Source of the DNA: Enterobacteria phage O276
Sequence record: NC_049951.1
Reading direction: 5' to 3' (one strand)
DNA: 41,969 nt
The notes beneath the pieces were generated by a model. That model was not told the DNA's origin. It saw only the letters and a list, made by a program, of their open reading frames with translations, and ran no database searches. Shown here piece by piece: positions 32,153 through 41,969 of this stretch (the first letter of the stretch is position 1; each line of letters starts with the position of its first letter). Position numbers and translations under genes: made by a program.

Positions 32153-33052
32153 ATGACAAATACAGCAAAAATACTCAACTTCGGCAGAGGTAACTTTGCC
32201 GGACAGGAGCGTAATGTGGCAGATCTCGATGATGGTTACGCCAGACTATCAAATATGCTGCTTGAGGCTTATTCGGGCGCAGATCTGACCAAGCGACAGT
32301 TTAAAGTGCTGCTTGCCATTCTGCGTAAAACCTATGGGTGGAATAAACCAATGGACAGAATCACCGATTCTCAACTTAGCGAGATTACAAAGTTACCTGT
32401 CAAACGGTGCAATGAAGCCAAGTTAGAACTCGTCAGAATGAATATTATCAAGCAGCAAGGCGGCATGTTTGGACCAAATAAAAACATCTCAGAATGGTGT
32501 ATCCCTCAAAACGAGGGAAAATCCCCTAAAACGAGGGATAAAACATCCCTCAAATTGGGGGATTGCTATCCCTCAAAACAGGGGGACACAAAAGACACTA
32601 TTACAAAAGAAAAAAGAAAAGATTATTCGTCCGAGAATTCTGGCGAATCCTCTGACCAGCCAGAAAACGATCTTTCTGTGGTTAAACCGGATGCTGCAAT
32701 TCAGAGCGGCAGCAAGTGGGGAACAGCAGAAGACCTGACCGCCGCAGAGTGGATGTTTGACATGGTGAAGACCATCGCGCCATCAGCCAGAAAACCGAAT
32801 TTTGCTGGGTGGGCTAACGATATCCGCCTGATGCGTGAACGTGACGGACGTAACCACCGCGATATGTGTGTGCTTTTCCGCTGGGCCTGCCAGGACAACT
32901 TCTGGTCCGGTAACGTGCTGAGTCCGGCCAAACTCCGCGACAAGTGGACCCAGCTCGAAATCAACCGTAACAAGCAACAGGCAGGCGTGACAGCCAGCAA
33001 ACCAAAACTCGACCTGACAAACACTGACTGGATTTACGGGGTGGATTTATGA
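32153..33052 (+). CDS. O: replication initiator O
   Basis: 299 aa MTNTAKILNFGRGNFAGQERNVADLDDGYARLSNMLLEAYSGADLTKRQFK... Confidence 0.97.
   Translation: MTNTAKILNFGRGNFAGQERNVADLDDGYARLSNMLLEAYSGADLTKRQFKVLLAILRKTYGWNKPMDRITDSQLSEITKLPVKRCNEAKLELVRMNIIKQQGGMFGPNKNISEWCIPQNEGKSPKTRDKTSLKLGDCYPSKQGDTKDTITKEKRKDYSSENSGESSDQPENDLSVVKPDAAIQSGSKWGTAEDLTAAEWMFDMVKTIAPSARKPNFAGWANDIRLMRERDGRNHRDMCVLFRWACQDNFWSGNVLSPAKLRDKWTQLEINRNKQQAGVTASKPKLDLTNTDWIYGVDL
32500..32630 (+). repeat. ori: ori lambda: four about 19-bp iterons (ATCCCTCAAAACGAGGGA type) plus AT-rich region, inside O
   Basis: Four tandem imperfect palindromic repeats then an A-rich stretch. Confidence 0.92.
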
Positions 33053-33750
33053 AAAACATCGCCGCACAGATGGTTAACTTTGACCGTGAGCAGATGCGTC
33101 GGATCGCCAACAACATGCCGGAACAGTACGACGAAAAGCCGCAGGTACAACAGGTAGCGCAGATCATCAATGGTGTGTTCAGCCAGTTACTGGCAACTTT
33201 CCCGGCGAGTCTGGCTAACCGGGACCAGAACGAACTGAACGAAATCCGCCGCCAGTGGGTGCTGGCTTTCCGGGAAAACGGGATCACCACAATGGAACAG
33301 GTTAACGCAGGAATGCGCGTAGCCCGTCGGCAGAATCGACCATTTCTGCCATCACCCGGGCAGTTTGTTGCATGGTGCCGGGAAGAAGCATCCGTTATCG
33401 CCGGACTGCCAAACGTCAGCGAGCTGGTTGATATGGTTTACGAGTATTGCCGGAAGCGAGGCCTGTATCCGGATGCGGAGTCTTATCCGTGGAAATCAAA
33501 CGCGCACTACTGGCTGGTTACCAACCTGTATCAGAACATGCGGGCCAATGCGCTTACTGATGCGGAATTACGCCGTAAGGCCGCAGATGAGCTTGTCCAT
33601 ATGACTGCGAGAATTAACCGTGGTGAGGCGATCCCTGAACCAGTAAAACAACTTCCTGTCATGGGCGGTAGACCTCTAAATCGTGCACAGGCTCTGGCGA
33701 AGATCGCAGAAATCAAAGCTAAGTTCGGACTGAAAGGAGCAAGTGTATGA
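33049..33750 (+). CDS. P: replication protein P (DnaB helicase loader)
   Basis: 233 aa MKNIAAQMVNFDREQMRRIANNMPEQYDEKPQVQQ... Confidence 0.97.
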   Translation: MKNIAAQMVNFDREQMRRIANNMPEQYDEKPQVQQVAQIINGVFSQLLATFPASLANRDQNELNEIRRQWVLAFRENGITTMEQVNAGMRVARRQNRPFLPSPGQFVAWCREEASVIAGLPNVSELVDMVYEYCRKRGLYPDAESYPWKSNAHYWLVTNLYQNMRANALTDAELRRKAADELVHMTARINRGEAIPEPVKQLPVMGGRPLNRAQALAKIAEIKAKFGLKGASV

Positions 33751-34037
33751 CGGGCAAAGAGGCAATTATTCATTACCTGGGGACGCATAATAGCTTCTGT
33801 GCGCCGGACGTTGCCGCGCTAACAGGCGCAACAGTAACCAGCATAAATCAGGCCGCGGCTAAAATGGCACGGGCAGGTCTTCTGGTTATCGAAGGTAAGG
33901 TCTGGCGAACGGTGTATTACCGGTTTGCTACCAGGGAAGAACGGGAAGGAAAGATGAGCACGAACCTGATTTTTAAGGAGTGTCGCCAGAGTGCCGCGAT
34001 GAAACGGGTATTGGCGGTATATGGAGTTAAAAGATGA
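33747..34037 (+). CDS. ren: Ren protein
   Basis: 96-aa ORF, ATGA overlap with P. Confidence 0.9.
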   Translation: MTGKEAIIHYLGTHNSFCAPDVAALTGATVTSINQAAAKMARAGLLVIEGKVWRTVYYRFATREEREGKMSTNLIFKECRQSAAMKRVLAVYGVKR

Positions 34038-34110
34038 CCATCTACATCACTGAGCTAATAACAGGCCTGCTGGTAATCGCAGGCCTTTTTATTTGGGGGA
34101 GAGGGAAGTC

Positions 34111-34551
34111 ATGAAAAAACTAACCTTTGAAATTCGATCTCCAGCACATCAGCAAAACGCTATTCACGCGGTACAGCAAATTCTTCCAGACCCAACCAAA
34201 CCAATCGTAGTAACCATTCAGGAACGCAACCGCAGCTTAGACCAGAATCGAAAGCTTTGGGCTTGCCTTGGTGACGTCTCTCGTCAGGTTGAATGGCATG
34301 GTCGCTGGCTGGATGCAGAAAGCTGGAAGTGTGTGTTTACCGCAGCATTAAAGCAGCAGGATGTTGTTCCTAACCTTGCCGGGAATGGCTTTGTGGTAAT
34401 AGGCCAGTCAACCAGCAGGATGCGTGTAGGCGAATTTGCGGAGCTATTAGAGCTTATACAGGCATTCGGTACAGAGCGTGGCGTTAAGTGGTCAGACGAA
34501 GCGAGACTGGCTCTGGAGTGGAAAGCGAGATGGGGAGACAGGGCTGCATGA
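34111..34551 (+). CDS. ninB: NinB (Orf) recombination mediator
   Basis: MKKLTFEIRSPAHQQNAIHAVQQILPDPTKP... Confidence 0.9.
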   Translation: MKKLTFEIRSPAHQQNAIHAVQQILPDPTKPIVVTIQERNRSLDQNRKLWACLGDVSRQVEWHGRWLDAESWKCVFTAALKQQDVVPNLAGNGFVVIGQSTSRMRVGEFAELLELIQAFGTERGVKWSDEARLALEWKARWGDRAA

Positions 34552-35420
34552 TAAATGTCGTTAGTTTCTCCGGTGGCAGGACGTCAGCATATTTGCTCTG
34601 GCTAATGGAGCAAAAGCGACGGGCAGGTAAAGACGTGCATTACGTTTTCATGGATACAGGTTGTGAACATCCAATGACATATCGGTTTGTCAGGGAAGTT
34701 GTGAAGTTCTGGGATATACCGCTCACCGTATTGCAGGTTGATATCAACCCGGAGCTTGGACAGCCAAATGGTTATACGGTATGGGAACCAAAGGATATTC
34801 AGACGCGAATGCCTGTTCTGAAGCCATTTATCGATATGGTAAAGAAATATGGCACTCCATACGTCGGCGGCGCGTTCTGCACTGACAGATTAAAACTCGT
34901 TCCCTTCACCAAATACTGTGATGACCATTTCGGGCGAGGGAATTACACCACGTGGATTGGCATCAGAGCTGATGAACCGAAGCGGCTAAAGCCAAAGCCT
35001 GGAATCAGATATCTTGCTGAACTGTCAGACTTTGAGAAGGAAGATATCCTCGCATGGTGGAAGCAACAACCATTCGATTTGCAAATACCGGAACATCTCG
35101 GTAACTGCATATTCTGCATTAAAAAATCAACGCAAAAAATCGGACTTGCCTGCAAAGATGAGGAGGGATTGCAGCGTGTTTTTAATGAGGTCATCACGGG
35201 ATCCCATGTGCGTGACGGACATCGGGAAACGCCAAAGGAGATTATGTACCGAGGAAGAATGTCGCTGGACGGTATCGCGAAAATGTATTCAGAAAATGAT
35301 TATCAAGCCCTGTATCAGGACATGGTACGAGCTAAAAGATTCGATACCGGCTCTTGTTCTGAGTCATGCGAAATATTTGGAGGGCAGCTTGATTTCGACT
35401 TCGGGAGGGAAGCTGCATGA
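34548..35420 (+). CDS. ninC: NinC
   Basis: [42 protein letters not shown]... (PAPS-reductase-like SGG motif). Confidence 0.9.
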   Translation: MINVVSFSGGRTSAYLLWLMEQKRRAGKDVHYVFMDTGCEHPMTYRFVREVVKFWDIPLTVLQVDINPELGQPNGYTVWEPKDIQTRMPVLKPFIDMVKKYGTPYVGGAFCTDRLKLVPFTKYCDDHFGRGNYTTWIGIRADEPKRLKPKPGIRYLAELSDFEKEDILAWWKQQPFDLQIPEHLGNCIFCIKKSTQKIGLACKDEEGLQRVFNEVITGSHVRDGHRETPKEIMYRGRMSLDGIAKMYSENDYQALYQDMVRAKRFDTGSCSESCEIFGGQLDFDFGREAA

Positions 35421-35590
35421 TGCGATGTTATCGGTGCGGTGAATGCAAAGAAGATAACCGCTTCCGACCAAATCAACCTTACTGGAATCGATGGTGTCTC
35501 CGGTGTGAAAGAACACCAACAGGGGTGTTACCACTACCGCAGGAAAAGGAGGACGTGTGGCGAGACAGCGACGAAGTATCACCGACATAA
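35417..35590 (+). CDS. ninD: NinD (small Cys-rich protein)
   Basis: 57-codon [22 protein letters not shown]... translated by hand; below the track length cutoff. Confidence 0.75.
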   Translation: MMRCYRCGECKEDNRFRPNQPYWNRWCLRCERTPTGVLPLPQEKEDVWRDSDEVSPT

Positions 35591-35739
35591 TCTGCGAAAA
35601 CTGCAAATACCTTCCAACGAAACGCACCAGAAATAAACCCAAGCCAATCCCAAAAGAATCTGACGTAAAAACCTTCAACTACACGGCTCACCTGTGGGAT
35701 ATCCGGTGGCTAAGACGTCGTGCGAGGAAAACAAGGTGA
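35557..35739 (+). CDS. ninE: NinE
   Basis: 60-aa ORF at lambda ninE position. Confidence 0.8.
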   Translation: MARQRRSITDIICENCKYLPTKRTRNKPKPIPKESDVKTFNYTAHLWDIRWLRRRARKTR

Positions 35740-35906
35740 TTGACCAAAATCGAAGTTACGAACAAGAAAGCGTCGAGCGAGCTTTAACGTGCGCTAACTG
35801 CGGTCAGAAGCTGCATGTGCTGGAAGTTCACGTGTGTGAGCACTGCTGCGCAGAACTGATGAGCGATCCGAATAGCTCGATGCACGAGGAAGAAGATGAT
35901 GGCTAA
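35736..35906 (+). CDS. ninF: NinF (GTG start)
   Basis: [56 protein letters not shown]. Confidence 0.8.
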   Translation: MIDQNRSYEQESVERALTCANCGQKLHVLEVHVCEHCCAELMSDPNSSMHEEEDDG

Positions 35907-36510
35907 ACCAGCGCGAAGACGATGTAAAAACGATGAATGCCGGGAATGGTTTCACCCTGCATTCGCTAATCAGTGGTGGTGCTCTCCAGAGTGTGGAACC
36001 AAGATAGCACTCGAACGACGAAGTAAAGAACGCGAAAAAGCGGAAAAAGCAGCAGAGAAGAAACGACGACGAGAGGAGCAGAAACAGAAAGATAAACTTA
36101 AGATTCGAAAACTCGCCTTAAAGCCCCGCAGTTACTGGATTAAACAAGCCCAACAAGCCGTAAACGCCTTCATCAGAGAAAGAGACCGCGACTTACCATG
36201 TATCTCGTGCGGAACGCTCACGTCTGCTCAGTGGGATGCCGGACATTACCGGACAACTGCTGCGGCACCTCAACTCCGATTTAATGAACGCAATATTCAC
36301 AAGCAATGCGTGGTGTGCAACCAGCACAAAAGCGGAAATCTCGTTCCGTATCGCGTCGAACTGATTAGCCGCATCGGGCAGGAAGCAGTAGACGAAATCG
36401 AATCAAACCATAACCGCCATCGCTGGACTATCGAAGAGTGCAAGGCGATCAAGGCAGAGTACCAACAGAAACTCAAAGACCTGCGAAATAGCAGAAGTGA
36501 GGCCGCATGA
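35896..36510 (+). CDS. ninG: NinG (Rap) Holliday-junction resolvase-like
   Basis: 204-aa ORF with Cys clusters. Confidence 0.9.
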   Translation: MMAKPARRRCKNDECREWFHPAFANQWWCSPECGTKIALERRSKEREKAEKAAEKKRRREEQKQKDKLKIRKLALKPRSYWIKQAQQAVNAFIRERDRDLPCISCGTLTSAQWDAGHYRTTAAAPQLRFNERNIHKQCVVCNQHKSGNLVPYRVELISRIGQEAVDEIESNHNRHRWTIEECKAIKAEYQQKLKDLRNSRSEAA

Positions 36511-36713
36511 CGTTCTCAGTAAAAACCATTCCAGACATGCTCGTTGAAGCATACGGAAATCAGACAGAAGTAGCACGCAGACTGAAATGTAGTCGCGGTA
36601 CGGTCAGAAAATACGTTGATGATAAAGACGGGAAAATGCACGCCATCGTCAACGACGTTCTCATGGTTCATCGCGGATGGAGTGAAAGAGATGCGCTATT
36701 ACGAAAAAATTGA
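36507..36713 (+). CDS. ninH: NinH
   Basis: 68-aa ORF at lambda ninH position. Confidence 0.85.
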
Positions 36714-37356
36714 TGGCAGCAAATACCGAAATATTTGGGTAGTTGGCGATCTGCACGGATGCTACACGAACCTGATGAACAAACTGGATACGATTGGATT
36801 CGACAACAAAAAAGACCTGCTTATCTCGGTGGGCGATTTGGTTGATCGTGGTGCAGAGAACGTTGAATGCCTGGAATTAATCACATTCCCCTGGTTCAGA
36901 GCTGTACGTGGAAACCATGAGCAAATGATGATTGATGGCTTATCAGAGCGTGGAAACGTTAATCACTGGCTGCTTAATGGCGGTGGCTGGTTCTTTAATC
37001 TCGATTACGACAAAGAAATTCTGGCTAAAGCTCTTGCCCATAAAGCAGATGAACTTCCGTTAATCATCGAACTGGTGAGCAAAGATAAAAAATATGTTAT
37101 CTGCCACGCCGATTATCCCTTTGACGAATACGAGTTTGGAAAGCCAGTTGATCATCAGCAGGTAATCTGGAACCGCGAACGAATCAGCAACTCACAAAAC
37201 GGGATCGTGAAAGAAATCAAAGGCGCGGACACGTTCATCTTTGGTCATACGCCAGCAGTGAAACCACTCAAGTTTGCCAACCAAATGTATATCGATACCG
37301 GCGCAGTGTTCTGCGGAAACCTAACATTGATTCAGGTACAGGGAGAAGGCGCATGA
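36691..37356 (+). CDS. ninI: NinI Ser/Thr protein phosphatase
   Basis: [25 protein letters not shown]... calcineurin-like GDLHG / GDLVDRG / GNHE motifs. Confidence 0.92.
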
Positions 37357-37976
37357 GACTCGAAAGCGTAGCTAAATTTCATTCGCCAAAAAGCCCGATG
37401 ATGAGCGACTCACCACGGGCCACGGCTTCTGACTCTCTTTCCGGTACTGATGTGATGGCTGCTATGGGGATGGCGCAATCACAAGCCGGATTCGGTATGG
37501 CTGCATTCTGCGGTAAGCACGAACTCAGCCAGAACGACAAACAAAAGGCTATCAACTATCTGATGCAATTTGCACACAAGGTATCGGGGAAATACCGTGG
37601 TGTGGCAAAGCTTGAAGGAAATACTAAGGCAAAGGTACTGCAAGTGCTCGCAACATTCGCTTATGCGGATTATTGCCGTAGTGCCGCGACGCCGGGGGCA
37701 AGATGCAGAGATTGCCATGGTACAGGCCGTGCGGTTGATATTGCCAAAACAGAGCTGTGGGGGAGAGTTGTCGAGAAAGAGTGCGGAAGATGCAAAGGCG
37801 TCGGCTATTCAAGGATGCCAGCAAGCGCAGCATATCGCGCTGTGACGATGCTAATCCCAAACCTTACCCAACCCACCTGGTCACGCACTGTTAAGCCGCT
37901 GTATGACGCTCTGGTGGTGCAATGCCACAAAGAAGAGTCAATCGCAGACAACATTTTGAATGCGGTCACACGTTAG
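37353..37976 (+). CDS. Q: late antiterminator Q
   Basis: 207-aa ORF with Zn-binding CRDCHGTG...CGRCKG. Confidence 0.95.
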
Positions 37977-38008
37977 CAGCATGATTGCCACGGATGGCAA
38001 CATATTAA

Positions 38009-38037
38009 CGGCATGATATTGACTTATTGAATAAAAT
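38009..38037 (+). promoter_or_regulatory. late promoter pR' (-35 TTGACT, -10 TAAATT) with qut region
   Basis: TTGACT at 38009..38014, 17-bp spacer, TAAATT at 38032..38037, directly after Q. Confidence 0.85.
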
Positions 38038-38188
38038 TGGGTAAATTTGACTCAACGATGGGTTAATTCGCTCGTTGTGGTAGTGAGATGAAAAGAGGCG
38101 GCGCTTACTACCGATTCCGCCTAGTTGGTCACTTCGACGTATCGTCTGGAACTCCAACCATCGCAGGCAGAGAGGTCTGCAAAATGCA

Positions 38189-38248
38189 ATCCCGAAACAG
38201 TTCGCAGGTAATAGTTAGAGCCTGCATAACGGTTTCGGGATTTTTTAT
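38189..38248 (+). terminator. tR' terminator ending the short pR' (6S) transcript
   Basis: Long inverted repeat AATCCCGAAAC...GTTTCGGGATT followed by TTTTTT. Confidence 0.85.
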
Positions 38249-38652
38249 ATCTGCACAACAGGTAAGAGCATTGAGTCGATAATCGTGAAGAGTCGGCGAG
38301 CCTGGTTAGCCAGTGCTCTTTCCGTTGTGCTGAATTAAGCGAATACCGGAAGCAGAACCGGATCACCAAATGCGTACAGGCGTCATCGCCGCCCAGCAAC
38401 AGCACAACCCAAACTGAGCCGTAGCCACTGTCTGTCCTGAATTCATTAGTAATAGTTACGCTGCGGCCTTTTACACATGACCTTCGTGAAAGCGGGTGGC
38501 AGGAGGTCGCGCTAACAACCTCCTGCCGTTTTGCCCGTGCATATCGGTCACGAACAAATCTGATTACTAAACACAGTAGCCTGGATTTGTTCTATCAGTA
38601 ATCGACCTTATTCCTAATTAAATAGAGCAAATCCCCTTATTGGGGGTAAGAC

Positions 38653-38976
38653 ATGAAGATGCCAGAAAAACATGACCTGTTGGCCGCCATTCTCGCGGCA
38701 AAGGAACAAGGCATCGGGGCAATCCTTGCGTTTGCAATGGCGTACCTTCGCGGCAGATATAATGGCGGTGCGTTTACAAAAACAGTAATCGACGCAACGA
38801 TGTGCGCCATTATCGCCTGGTTCATTCGTGACCTTCTCGACTTCGCCGGACTAAGTAGCAATCTCGCTTATATAACGAGCGTGTTTATCGGCTACATCGG
38901 TACTGACTCGATTGGTTCGCTTATCAAACGCTTCGCTGCTAAAAAAGCCGGAGTAGAAGATGGTAGAAATCAATAA
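38653..38976 (+). CDS. S: holin/antiholin S (S107 from 38653; S105 from Met3 at 38659)
   Basis: [34 protein letters not shown]... dual-start Met-Lys-Met. Confidence 0.97.
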   Translation: MKMPEKHDLLAAILAAKEQGIGAILAFAMAYLRGRYNGGAFTKTVIDATMCAIIAWFIRDLLDFAGLSSNLAYITSVFIGYIGTDSIGSLIKRFAAKKAGVEDGRNQ

Positions 38977-39436
38977 TCAACGTAAGGCGTTCCTCGATAT
39001 GCTGGCGTGGTCGGAGGGAACTGATAACGGACGTCAGAAAACCAGAAATCATGGTTATGACGTCATTGTAGGCGGAGAGCTATTCACTGATTACTCCGAT
39101 CACCCTCGCAAACTTGTCACGCTAAACCCAAAACTCAAATCAACAGGCGCCGGACGCTACCAGCTTCTTTCCCGTTGGTGGGATGCCTACCGCAAGCAGC
39201 TTGGCCTGAAAGACTTCTCTCCGAAAAGTCAGGACGCTGTGGCATTGCAGCAGATTAAGGAGCGTGGCGCTTTACCTATGATTGATCGTGGTGATATCCG
39301 TCAGGCAATCGACCGTTGCAGCAATATCTGGGCTTCACTGCCGGGCGCTGGTTATGGTCAGTTCGAGCATAAGGCTGACAGCCTGATTGCAAAATTCAAA
39401 GAAGCGGGCGGAACGGTCAGAGAGATTGATGTATGA
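38960..39436 (+). CDS. R: endolysin R (lytic transglycosylase)
   Basis: [39 protein letters not shown]... Confidence 0.97.
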   Translation: MVEINNQRKAFLDMLAWSEGTDNGRQKTRNHGYDVIVGGELFTDYSDHPRKLVTLNPKLKSTGAGRYQLLSRWWDAYRKQLGLKDFSPKSQDAVALQQIKERGALPMIDRGDIRQAIDRCSNIWASLPGAGYGQFEHKADSLIAKFKEAGGTVREIDV

Positions 39437-39894
39437 GCAGAGTCACCGCGATTATCTCCGCTCTGGTTATCTGCATCATCGTCTGCCTGTCATGGGCTGT
39501 TAATCATTACCGTGATAACGCCATTACCTACAAAGCCCAGCGCGACAAAAATGCCAGAGAACTGAAGCTGGCGAACGCGGCAATTACTGACATGCAGATG
39601 CGTCAGCGTGATGTTGCTGCGCTCGATGCAAAATACACGAAGGAGTTAGCTGATGCTAAAGCTGAAAATGATGCTCTGCGTGATGATGTTGCCGCTGGTC
39701 GTCGTCGGTTGCACATCAAAGCAGTCTGTCAGTCAGTGCGTGAAGCCACCACCGCCTCCGGCGTGGATAATGCAGCCTCCCCCCGACTGGCAGACACCGC
39801 TGAACGGGATTATTTCACCCTCAGAGAGAGGCTGATCACTATGCAAAAACAACTGGAAGGAACCCAGAAGTATATTAATGAGCAGTGCAGATAG
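39433..39894 (+). CDS. Rz: spanin inner-membrane subunit Rz
   Basis: 153 aa, N-terminal TM segment then coiled coil. Confidence 0.95.
   Translation: MSRVTAIISALVICIIVCLSWAVNHYRDNAITYKAQRDKNARELKLANAAITDMQMRQRDVAALDAKYTKELADAKAENDALRDDVAAGRRRLHIKAVCQSVREATTASGVDNAASPRLADTAERDYFTLRERLITMQKQLEGTQKYINEQCR
39653..39835 (+). CDS. Rz1: spanin outer-membrane lipoprotein Rz1, embedded in the +1 frame of Rz
   Basis: 60 aa with lipobox LVVVGC and proline-rich tail. Confidence 0.9.
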   Translation: MLKLKMMLCVMMLPLVVVGCTSKQSVSQCVKPPPPPAWIMQPPPDWQTPLNGIISPSERG

Positions 39895-39925
39895 AGCTGA
39901 CCATATCGATGGGCAACTCATGCAA

Positions 39926-40219
39926 TTATTTTGAGCAATACACACGCGCTTCCAGCGGAGTATAAATGCCTAAAGTAATAAAACCGAGCAATCCATTTAC
40001 GAATGTTTGCTGGGTTTCTGTTTTAACAACATTTTCTGCGCCGCCACAAATTTTAGCTGCATCGACAGTTTTCTTCTGCCCAATTCCAGAAACGAAGAAA
40101 TGATGGGTGATGGTTTCCTTTGGTGCTACTGCTGCCGGTTTGTTTTGAACAGTAAACGTCTGTTGAGCACATCCTGTAATAAGCAGGGCCAGCGCAGTAG
40201 CGAGTAGCATTTTTTTCAT
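39926..40219 (-). CDS. bor: Bor lipoprotein (serum resistance)
   Basis: 97 aa MKKMLLATALALLITGCAQQ... lipobox. Confidence 0.95.
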   Translation of the reverse strand: MKKMLLATALALLITGCAQQTFTVQNKPAAVAPKETITHHFFVSGIGQKKTVDAAKICGGAENVVKTETQQTFVNGLLGFITLGIYTPLEARVYCSK

Positions 40220-40508
40220 GGTGTTATTCCCGATGCTTTTTGAAGTTCGCAGAATCGTATGTGTAGAAAATTAAACAAACCCTAAACAATGAGTTGAAAT
40301 TTCATATTGTTAATATTTATTAATGTATGTCAGGTGCGATGAATCGTCATTGTATTCCCGGATTAACTATGTCCACAGCCCTGACGGGGAACTTCTCTGC
40401 GGGAGTGTCCGGGAATAATTAAAACGATGCACACAGGGTTTAGCGCGTACACGTATTGCATTATGCCAACGCCCCGGTGCTGACACGGAAGAAACCGGAC
40501 GTTATGAT

Positions 40509-41042
40509 TTAGCGTGGAAAGATTTGTGTAGTGTTCTGAATGCTCTCAGTAAATAGTAATGAATTATCAAAGGTATAGTAATATCTTTTATGTTCATGGA
40601 TATTTGTAACCCATCGGAAAACTCCTGCTTTAGCAAGATTTTCCCTGTATTGCTGAAATGTGATTTCTCTTGATTTCAACCTATCATAGGACGTTTCTAT
40701 AAGATGCGTGTTTCTTGAGAATTTAACATTTACAACCTTTTTAAGTCCTTTTATTAACACGGTGTTATCGTTTTCTAACACGATGTGAATATTATCTGTG
40801 GCTAGATAGTAAATATAATGTGAGACGTTGTGACGTTTTAGTTCAGAATAAAACAATTCACAGTCTAAATCTTTTCGCACTTGATCGAATATTTCTTTAA
40901 AAATGGCAACCTGAGCCATTGGTAAAACCTTCCATGTGATACGAGGGCGCGTAGTTTGCATTATCGTTTTTATCGTTTCAATCTGGTCTGACCTCCTTGT
41001 GTTTTGTTGATGATTTATGTCAAATATTAGGAATGTTTTCAC
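40509..41042 (-). CDS. hypothetical protein (lambda p78 / YbcV-like)
   Basis: 177-aa AT-rich minus-strand ORF at lambda p78 position. Confidence 0.8.
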   Translation of the reverse strand: MKTFLIFDINHQQNTRRSDQIETIKTIMQTTRPRITWKVLPMAQVAIFKEIFDQVRKDLDCELFYSELKRHNVSHYIYYLATDNIHIVLENDNTVLIKGLKKVVNVKFSRNTHLIETSYDRLKSREITFQQYRENLAKAGVFRWVTNIHEHKRYYYTFDNSLLFTESIQNTTQIFPR

Positions 41043-41204
41043 TTAATAGTATTGGTTGCGTAACAAAGTGCGGTCCTGCTGGCATTCTGGAGGGAAATAC
41101 AACCGACAGATGTATGTAAGGCCAACGTGCTCAAATCTTCATACAGAAAGATTTGAAGTAATATTTTAACCGCTAGATGAAGAGCAAGCGCATGGAGCGA
41201 CAAA

Positions 41205-41411
41205 ATGAATAAAGAACAATCTGCTGATGATCCCTCCGTGGATCTGATTCGTGTAAAAAATATGCTTAATAGCACCATTTCTATGAGTTACCCTGATGTT
41301 GTAATTGCATGTATAGAACATAAGGTGTCTCTGGAAGCATTCAGAGCAATTGAGGCAGCGTTGGTGAAGCACGATAATAATATGAAGGATTATTCCCTGG
41401 TGGTTGACTGA
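41205..41411 (+). CDS. hypothetical protein (lambda p79-like)
   Basis: 68-aa ORF at lambda p79 position. Confidence 0.6.
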
Positions 41412-41575
41412 TCACCATAACTGCTAATCATTCAAACTATTTAGTCTGTGACAGAGCCAACACGCAGTCTGTCACTGTCAGGAAAGTGGTAAAACTGCAA
41501 CTCAATTACTGCAATGCCCTCGTAATTAAGTGAATTTACAATATCGTCCTGTTCGGAGGGAAGAACGCGGGATGT

Positions 41576-41770
41576 TCATTCTTCATCACTTTTAATTGAT
41601 GTATATGCTCTCTTTTCTGACGTTAGTCTCCGACGGCAGGCTTCAATGACCCAGGCTGAGAAATTCCCGGACCCTTTTTGCTCAAGAGCGATGTTAATTT
41701 GTTCAATCATTTGGTTAGGAAAGCGGATGTTGCGGGTTGTTGTTCTGCGGGTTCTGTTCTTCGTTGACAT
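41576..41770 (-). CDS. putative ribbon-helix-helix (Arc/MetJ/CopG-like) DNA-binding protein
   Basis: 64 aa; RNIRFPNQMIEQINIALEQKGSGNFSAWVIEACRRRL fits beta-strand / helix / G-x-S turn / helix. Confidence 0.4.
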   Translation of the reverse strand: MSTKNRTRRTTTRNIRFPNQMIEQINIALEQKGSGNFSAWVIEACRRRLTSEKRAYTSIKSDEE

Positions 41771-41899
41771 GAGGTTGCCCCGTATTCAGTGTCGCTGATT
41801 TGTATTGTCTGAAGTTGTTTTTACGTTAAGTTGATGCAGATCAATTAATACGATACCTGCGTCATAATTGATTATTTGACGTGGTTTGATGGCCTCCAC

Positions 41900-41969
41900 G
41901 CACGTTGTGATATGTAGATGATAATCATTATCACTTTACGGGTCCTTTCCGGTGATCCGACAGGTTACG
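41900..41969 (+). other. cos: right genome end (cosQ side of cos; joins position 1 on circularisation)
   Basis: Window ends ...GGTCCTTTCCGGTGATCCGACAGGTTACG, the lambda right end. Confidence 0.8.

Noticed and set aside
32500-32630. Tandem repeats as a possible CRISPR array
   Set aside because: Four about 19-bp imperfect palindromic repeats with no spacers inside the O gene; this is the ori lambda iteron set.
26575-32639. Possible 1-bp differences inferred from two remembered EcoRI site coordinates
   Set aside because: The exo and O ORFs spanning those sites are intact and other landmarks are consistent, so the discrepancy is more likely in my recalled coordinates.
38250-38652. Non-coding stretch between tR' and S as a possible small-RNA or toxin locus
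   Set aside because: This matches the normal lambda late leader before S; the only ORFs are short, overlapping and without start context.

Overview
This window is a complete lambda-type temperate phage genome written cos-to-cos (41,969 bp), not an integrated prophage: it opens with the lambda left cohesive end GGGCGGCGACCT, ends ...CCGACAGGTTACG, and attP is intact. Gene identifications rest on the supplied ORF translations compared with lambda proteins and reference coordinates recalled from memory; no search was run. The left arm (nu1-A-W-B-C/nu3-D-E-FI-FII-Z-U-V-G/T-H-M-L-K-I-J-lom) is intact and colinear with lambda. The b region differs from reference lambda by what look like two deletions: stf is cut after about 46 codons, tfa and ea31 are absent, and AT-rich remnants of ea47 and ea59 (the latter a P-loop ATPase) are fused. 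attP-int-xis and the leftward early operon (ea8.5, ea22, orf61/63/60a, exo, bet, gam, kil, cIII, ea10) follow. A 1,057-bp IS903-family element with perfect 18-bp inverted repeats and a 9-bp target duplication sits where ral would be. The immunity region is heterologous, HK022-type (nun, cI, cro, cII), replacing lambda ral-sieB-N-rexB-rexA-cI-cro-cII. The right arm is lambda again (O with ori iterons, P, ren, ninB-ninI, Q, pR'/tR', S, R, Rz/Rz1, bor, p78, p79). I found no rRNA, tRNA or CRISPR and no convincing new multi-gene system; the two AT-rich ORFs that look like a candidate defence pair are best explained as truncated lambda ea47/ea59. The most unusual items are the rearranged b region, the IS insertion, the hybrid immunity region, a longer K reading frame, and two small unannotated-looking ORFs.
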